A stretch of 63,565 nucleotides of DNA, counting the filler. It is 5 parts of 5 records of this genome, joined end to end, with 100 filler letters (N's around TTAATTAATTAA, not from the genome) between each part and the next. Parts side by side here need not be neighbours in the genome. Positions count along the whole stretch, not along the records: positions 56,728 to 63,565 come from SRR22947725_2537; 4 more parts are not named here. One strand, 5' to 3'. This document shows positions 59,901 through 63,565 of this stretch, one piece after another; the first letter of the stretch is position 1, and each line of letters opens with the position of its first letter. A program made the translations under genes and the position numbers. The notes below the pieces were generated by a model. That model saw only the letters and a program-made list of their open reading frames with translations. It made no database searches and was not told where the DNA came from.

Positions 59901-60633
59901 CACCCAGTACGGATTCAGGGGATGGCACGAGAACGTCTTCGGTGGCGACAAGGATAAAGCCACGGAGGCCGTGTGCGGCCGGACGTGCGCGTGGTGGAAC
60001 GGCCTGGGCACGGACCTCAAGGCGGAGTTCTTTGCAGCCAATGACGAGTATGTGCGCAGGTTGAACGCCGGGGTTGTCGACTTCGACAACCCCTTCAACT
60101 ACGAAGGCAGCGAATACGCCCTGTACCTGTCCAGAGAAGAGGATGGGCTCTTTGGAGAGTATTGCTCCCAGCCCAACGCTGACCAGTACGGGTTCCCGGG
60201 ACGTGAGATGCTCAACGAGGGCGAGCGGGCCCGTCAGGGATCCTACTACTGGTGGAACGGCCAGGTCCAATTCTTCCCCAACCTGGAATCGCAGAAGAAC
60301 GTCCTGTACACTGGGCAGACGGCATACTTTGCGGCAGTTGTCATCGCCCGCACGGCCGATCTGCTGATCTGCAAAACCAGGAAGGAAAGCCTCTTCACCC
60401 AGGGACTGCGAAACAGGATCCTGAATGCCGGGTTCTGCACCATGATCCTGTTCGTATGCCTGGTCTCGTACGTCCCACCTTTCAGGATTGTATGGACCAC
60501 CAGACCCCTCTACGTTCTGTACATGTTCATAGGCGTGCCGTATGCCATGTTCATCTTCGTCTACGACGAGATTCGCAAGATGATCATCCGCGCCTACCCC
60601 AGAGGATGGGTGTTCAGGAACACCTACTGGTAG
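56931..60633 (+). CDS. Type IIC P-type ATPase (Na+/K+-ATPase alpha-like); exons 56931-57074 and 57186-60633, 5' end missing
   Basis: NRLTPP, VDNSSLTGE, VPEGL, SDKTGTLTQNRMTV, FNSTNK, KGAPER, MVTGDHP, TGDGVNDAPALKKA, IDLG.DM.PAISLAYE, ICKTR, C-terminal TYW. Confidence 0.95.
57075..57185 (+). other. 111-bp GT-AG intron, in frame and stop-free
   Basis: AG|GTACGT donor, GTATCGGT(C/T) x3, CTCAT branch-like motif, TGCAG| acceptor; splicing restores QNREKYGWNRLTPP. Confidence 0.85.
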
Positions 60634-60708
60634 ACACATAAACCCATTACAACGCATTAACTAGCATGTTACCCAATCACATCACCATGTCCATCCCATC
60701 ACGGGTCG

Positions 60709-60918
60709 CTACGAGTACATTCTCAGCATACGCCGGACGTGCCGCTGGAGCAGAGACCGCTCCGCCTGCTGGACGTTGGCTGCCAACCGCCCTCTTGACC
60801 TTGCTATGACCGCCTTCAGCTTCTGGTTCGGCTGGACGTGTGGTGCTACATTGTTTGGGGGAGACTGTGCGAGGAACCGCCGCAGCAACTTGACGATGGG
60901 CCGCTGTTTTGCCGTCAT
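60709..60918 (-). CDS. Possible small basic protein, 69 aa; gene model uncertain
   Basis: MTAKQRPIVKLLRRFLAQ...; minus-strand TGTAA at 60646-60650 downstream; competing frames exist. Confidence 0.3.
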   Translation of the reverse strand: MTAKQRPIVKLLRRFLAQSPPNNVAPHVQPNQKLKAVIARSRGRLAANVQQAERSLLQRHVRRMLRMYS

Positions 60919-61172
60919 TGCATTCGAAGACCGACGGACGGGAACAAATCCGCGACAACCCACGTTTCCCGGCTCGGCGGCGACGGTATCCCGTGCGAAG
61001 ATTTTGAGATTCCGGAAGAGTGCTTCGAGCGCCGGGAATGCCGGGAAAGACTCAGAAAACCGTTTGCCTCGCTCGGCGTGCTCAAGGGTCCCCTTCCCAT
61101 CCGCTTCCACCGACTCGAGGACGAGGTCCTTGGCGCCCAGACACCAAGTCGCAGATCATTCCAACACCGAAA

Positions 61173-61961
61173 ATGAAGTTTGGATCGAGGTCCAAGTCCA
61201 AGTCCAAGTCGAGCGCGTCGCCGGCGGCCGGCCCTCCCCCGGCGCCCGCTGGCCGGTCACCTGCCTCGTCGACCTCCTCGTTCATCTCCGTCGGCGTCCT
61301 CATGGATCAGCGCGAGCGGCCACGTGGCGTGACCGTTGAAGAAGTGGACGATCTGGATTGCGCTTATGAAGCCATGTCGCTGGACGGTGGACGAGAAGAG
61401 GGGCTCATGAACCCGTCCCACGACGAGCTCTTCGAAGCCTACACCGGGTACATGGAGGTGATCCAGGCGTCCGTCGCAAGTCGAAGCAAACCCCAGAGGC
61501 TTGGAAGACCCCCGGCAGCCAGATATGCCAGGCCGGGCGCTGCCATGCGGCCGCACGAGGCCAGGGCGCCTGCGCTGCCAGCCACGAATCCATACATCCG
61601 CTCCATGCACGACGTCATGGACAAGAAGCGTGGCAGCCGCTCCGTGGAAGGCAGCGGCGCCGGCAAGGGGAAGGGGAAGGGGAAGGGGAAGGCGTCGAGT
61701 GCCATCAAGGCCACCGGCGTCACCCGACGGCTTATGGAGGAGGTGGCGGTCGCCAGGGAGAACATGCACCTGTTCAACCGCCTGATCTCCGTCCTGCCGT
61801 CATCCGACGTCGCCCGTCGCCGTCTCCTGAAGGATTTCTACAAGAGTCGAGAGCTTCTGGATAAGATCTCGCGATTCCCACAGGTTCCAGCGCCGGAAGA
61901 GAACCGGCGGGACGGCAAGCCCGCCTGGGACGAGAACTGGGTCGGGTGCATGGTGGTCTAG
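61173..61961 (+). CDS. Hypothetical eukaryotic protein, 262 aa, low-complexity
   Basis: First ATG at 61173; SK and GK hexamer repeats; GC3-rich codons. Confidence 0.65.
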   Translation: MKFGSRSKSKSKSSASPAAGPPPAPAGRSPASSTSSFISVGVLMDQRERPRGVTVEEVDDLDCAYEAMSLDGGREEGLMNPSHDELFEAYTGYMEVIQASVASRSKPQRLGRPPAARYARPGAAMRPHEARAPALPATNPYIRSMHDVMDKKRGSRSVEGSGAGKGKGKGKGKASSAIKATGVTRRLMEEVAVARENMHLFNRLISVLPSSDVARRRLLKDFYKSRELLDKISRFPQVPAPEENRRDGKPAWDENWVGCMVV

Positions 61962-61996
61962 ATGAATTACAAGCAGGTAAAACCGTTCCCGTCTGC

Positions 61997-62173
61997 CTAG
62001 CGCGTAGACGAGCTGACGCGCTCTTCCACCCCGGCCATCAACGCATCAAACTCCTTCTTCCTGCCCTTTGTCCTAGCCACGCTGGTCATGCCAAGCGTCA
62101 CCACCGTCGCCCCGGACAGCAGCAAAAACATGCCCATCGCCATGCGGTCGCCCATCTTGAACATCCCGCTCAT
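61997..62173 (-). CDS. 58-aa single-TM small protein (not in ORF track)
   Basis: MSGMFKMGDRMAMGMFLLLSGATVVTLGMTSVARTKGRKKEFDALMAGVEERVSSSTR; TGTAA about 25 nt after the stop. Confidence 0.6.
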   Translation of the reverse strand: MSGMFKMGDRMAMGMFLLLSGATVVTLGMTSVARTKGRKKEFDALMAGVEERVSSSTR

Positions 62174-62204
62174 TTATTCCGAGTCTGTCGTCGCACGTGA
62201 CCAA

Positions 62205-62558
62205 TCAAAACACACGGGCAGCCAGCGATAGCACCTTGAGCATGTTCCGACTCCGCAACTCGTGCGTGACAAACCCCAGCACCCTGGTCCCGATCGGCAG
62301 CCCCTTGCTGTTCACCAGAACGCACGAGTTCTTGTCAAACTTGATCACCGACCCGTCTGCCCGCTGAATCTCCTTCTTCGTTTCCACGACGACCGCCTTG
62401 ACGACCTGGCCCTGCTCGACTTTTCCCTTGCTCGCCTTCTTCACCGAGCACGTGATGATATCCCCGATGCTCGCGACCTTGCCTTTCGTCTTGATACACT
62501 CGACCTCTTTCGCGCCACTGTTGTCGGAGACGTGCAGTCGGCTGCCGGCGATGAGCAT
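62205..62558 (-). CDS. rpl14: Ribosomal protein uL14, nucleus-encoded mitochondrial type
   Basis: V.DNSGAK, IGDII..SVK, KAVVV, R.DGS.IKFD.N, GTRV.G.V.HELR; first ATG at 62558. Confidence 0.9.
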   Translation of the reverse strand: MLIAGSRLHVSDNSGAKEVECIKTKGKVASIGDIITCSVKKASKGKVEQGQVVKAVVVETKKEIQRADGSVIKFDKNSCVLVNSKGLPIGTRVLGFVTHELRSRNMLKVLSLAARVF

Positions 62559-62692
62559 AATTCGAGCCAAAGGTTGCGCGCCGTTGTTTCTTTCCTGCCG
62601 CCGCGATTCCCGTACGACCCGGCGGACCGATCGTCAGTATCGTTGGTTAAATGCGTCGGGACGTAGATCAATTGACTGTGAAATTCTTGGCG

Positions 62693-63526
62693 TCATAGGT
62701 TCGTCCATGGGTCTGCGTACCCGCCCTCCACACAGCGCAGGTACTGGACAAAGTGGCCGAGGGCGTACTGGGTCAGTCTATTGTGTACGATTTCCTCGTT
62801 GTCTGGGTCGTTTGCGTGCGGTATGAACGCGTCCGGCGGGTGAACATCCAGGTCGGCGCCCGGGGCCGAGTAGAGCTGCTTCAGGTTGTCGAGGATCGTC
62901 CTGCGGATTCCCAACAGTTCCTCCTTCGTGTTCAAATCCTGGAACCTTGCCGGAGGGTTGTACCGGAGACTATTATCCGGGCCAAAAAAGTCCCGAAATT
63001 TGCTCTCGGGCAATTCGTTGTCCGGGTCCTCGTCGACGATGGCCGCCGTGCCAAGCGTCCAGGCCCTTGCCACGTTGGTCTTTGTGTAGCCGCCGCCTCC
63101 AAGCACCAGCATCGGCACGTTGAAGGACTTGACGAATTCAACGGCGGCCGCGTGGCCCTGCACCGTCATGTTGAACGTACCGAGCCTGTCGCCGACGAGC
63201 CCATCGGCGCCACACTGGAGGCAGATGGCGCTCGGCTTGAACACATCCATGATGCGCTCGAGTATCGGCTTGAACATGAACATGAAGTCATCGTCCGTGC
63301 ATCCCTCCACCAGGGGGACGTTGACGGAGTAGCCCCGTCCCTGCCCCTCGCCAATCTCCGCCAGGCTCCCCGTCCCCGGGAAGAACCACTCTGGTCGGTA
63401 TAGGTGTGTGGATAACGTCATCACCCTGTCCGTGCAATAGAACGCCTCCTCCACGCCATCACCGTGATGGATATCGATATCTATGTACAACACCCGCGCG
63501 TGGTATTTGAGCATCTCCAGGACGGC
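62693..63526 (-). CDS. Class I (RPD3-type) histone deacetylase, last exon
   Basis: RVLYIDIDIHHGDGVEEAF, FFPGTG, VNVPL, QCGAD, GGGGYT; exon begins AVLEMLK after a CAG acceptor. Confidence 0.93.
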   Translation of the reverse strand, partial: AVLEMLKYHARVLYIDIDIHHGDGVEEAFYCTDRVMTLSTHLYRPEWFFPGTGSLAEIGEGQGRGYSVNVPLVEGCTDDDFMFMFKPILERIMDVFKPSAICLQCGADGLVGDRLGTFNMTVQGHAAAVEFVKSFNVPMLVLGGGGYTKTNVARAWTLGTAAIVDEDPDNELPESKFRDFFGPDNSLRYNPPARFQDLNTKEELLGIRRTILDNLKQLYSAPGADLDVHPPDAFIPHANDPDNEEIVHNRLTQYALGHFVQYLRCVEGGYADPWTNL

Positions 63527-63565
63527 CTGAGGGGACGGTATTGGTGGTGGTGGGTGAGAGGACGA
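63527..63565 (-). other. Intron 3' end of the HDAC gene
   Basis: Minus-strand CTCAC branch-like motif and CCCCTCAG acceptor. Confidence 0.75.

Noticed and set aside
57154-60657. Long antisense ORFs (332, 232 and 358 aa) opposite the ATPase
   Set aside because: Expected shadow frames of GC3-rich coding DNA; no recognisable motifs.
61190-61692. GTCCAA and GGGGAA hexamer repeats
   Set aside because: Ordinary coding microsatellites (SK and GK runs).
56728-63565. Bacterial or viral origin, or eukaryote-to-bacterium gene transfer, for the last segment
   Set aside because: Spliceosomal introns and a linker boundary indicate a separate eukaryotic nuclear contig.
1-63565. CRISPR arrays, transposases, integrases, rRNA
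   Set aside because: None recognised anywhere in the window.

Overview
This window is not one genome. It is five unrelated contigs joined by an artificial 100-bp linker (44 N + TTAATTAATTAA + 44 N) at 24064-24163, 34428-34527, 46683-46782 and 56628-56727. Taxonomy is inferred from gene content and composition. (1) 1-24063: marine gammaproteobacterium, SUP05/Thioglobus-like (ubiG, bcp, lepA, ffh, hisDG, murA, uvrC, uup), with accessory MORN-repeat, GMC and CoA-ligase genes and a DUF4430 + CbrT-like pair. (2) 24164-34427: AT-rich actinobacterium, Actinomarina-like (trmI, ferredoxin, pafBC, tatA, tatC, helY). (3) 34528-46682: AT-rich alphaproteobacterium (hdaA, rnd, eipB, rpmG, rnr, topA, plsY, pyrC', pyrB, ruvX). 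(4) 46783-56627: marine flavobacterium (tRNA-Met, hisS, rpsF-rpsR-rplI, priA, rlmH, rdgB, DEAD-box helicase). (5) 56728-63565: GC-rich, gene-dense eukaryote, probably a green alga (type IIC P-type ATPase, mitochondrial-type uL14, class I HDAC). Best leads: an algal Na+/K+-ATPase-like pump with basic residues at ion-site positions (N776K as in the brine-shrimp reduced-stoichiometry pump, plus Q923R) and a ~215-aa Cys-rich extracellular insert; a possible two-gene B12 uptake module; pafBC retained where the Pup-proteasome core is absent; and a candidate bicistronic algal transcript. All family assignments are from motif recognition by eye; no database search was run.
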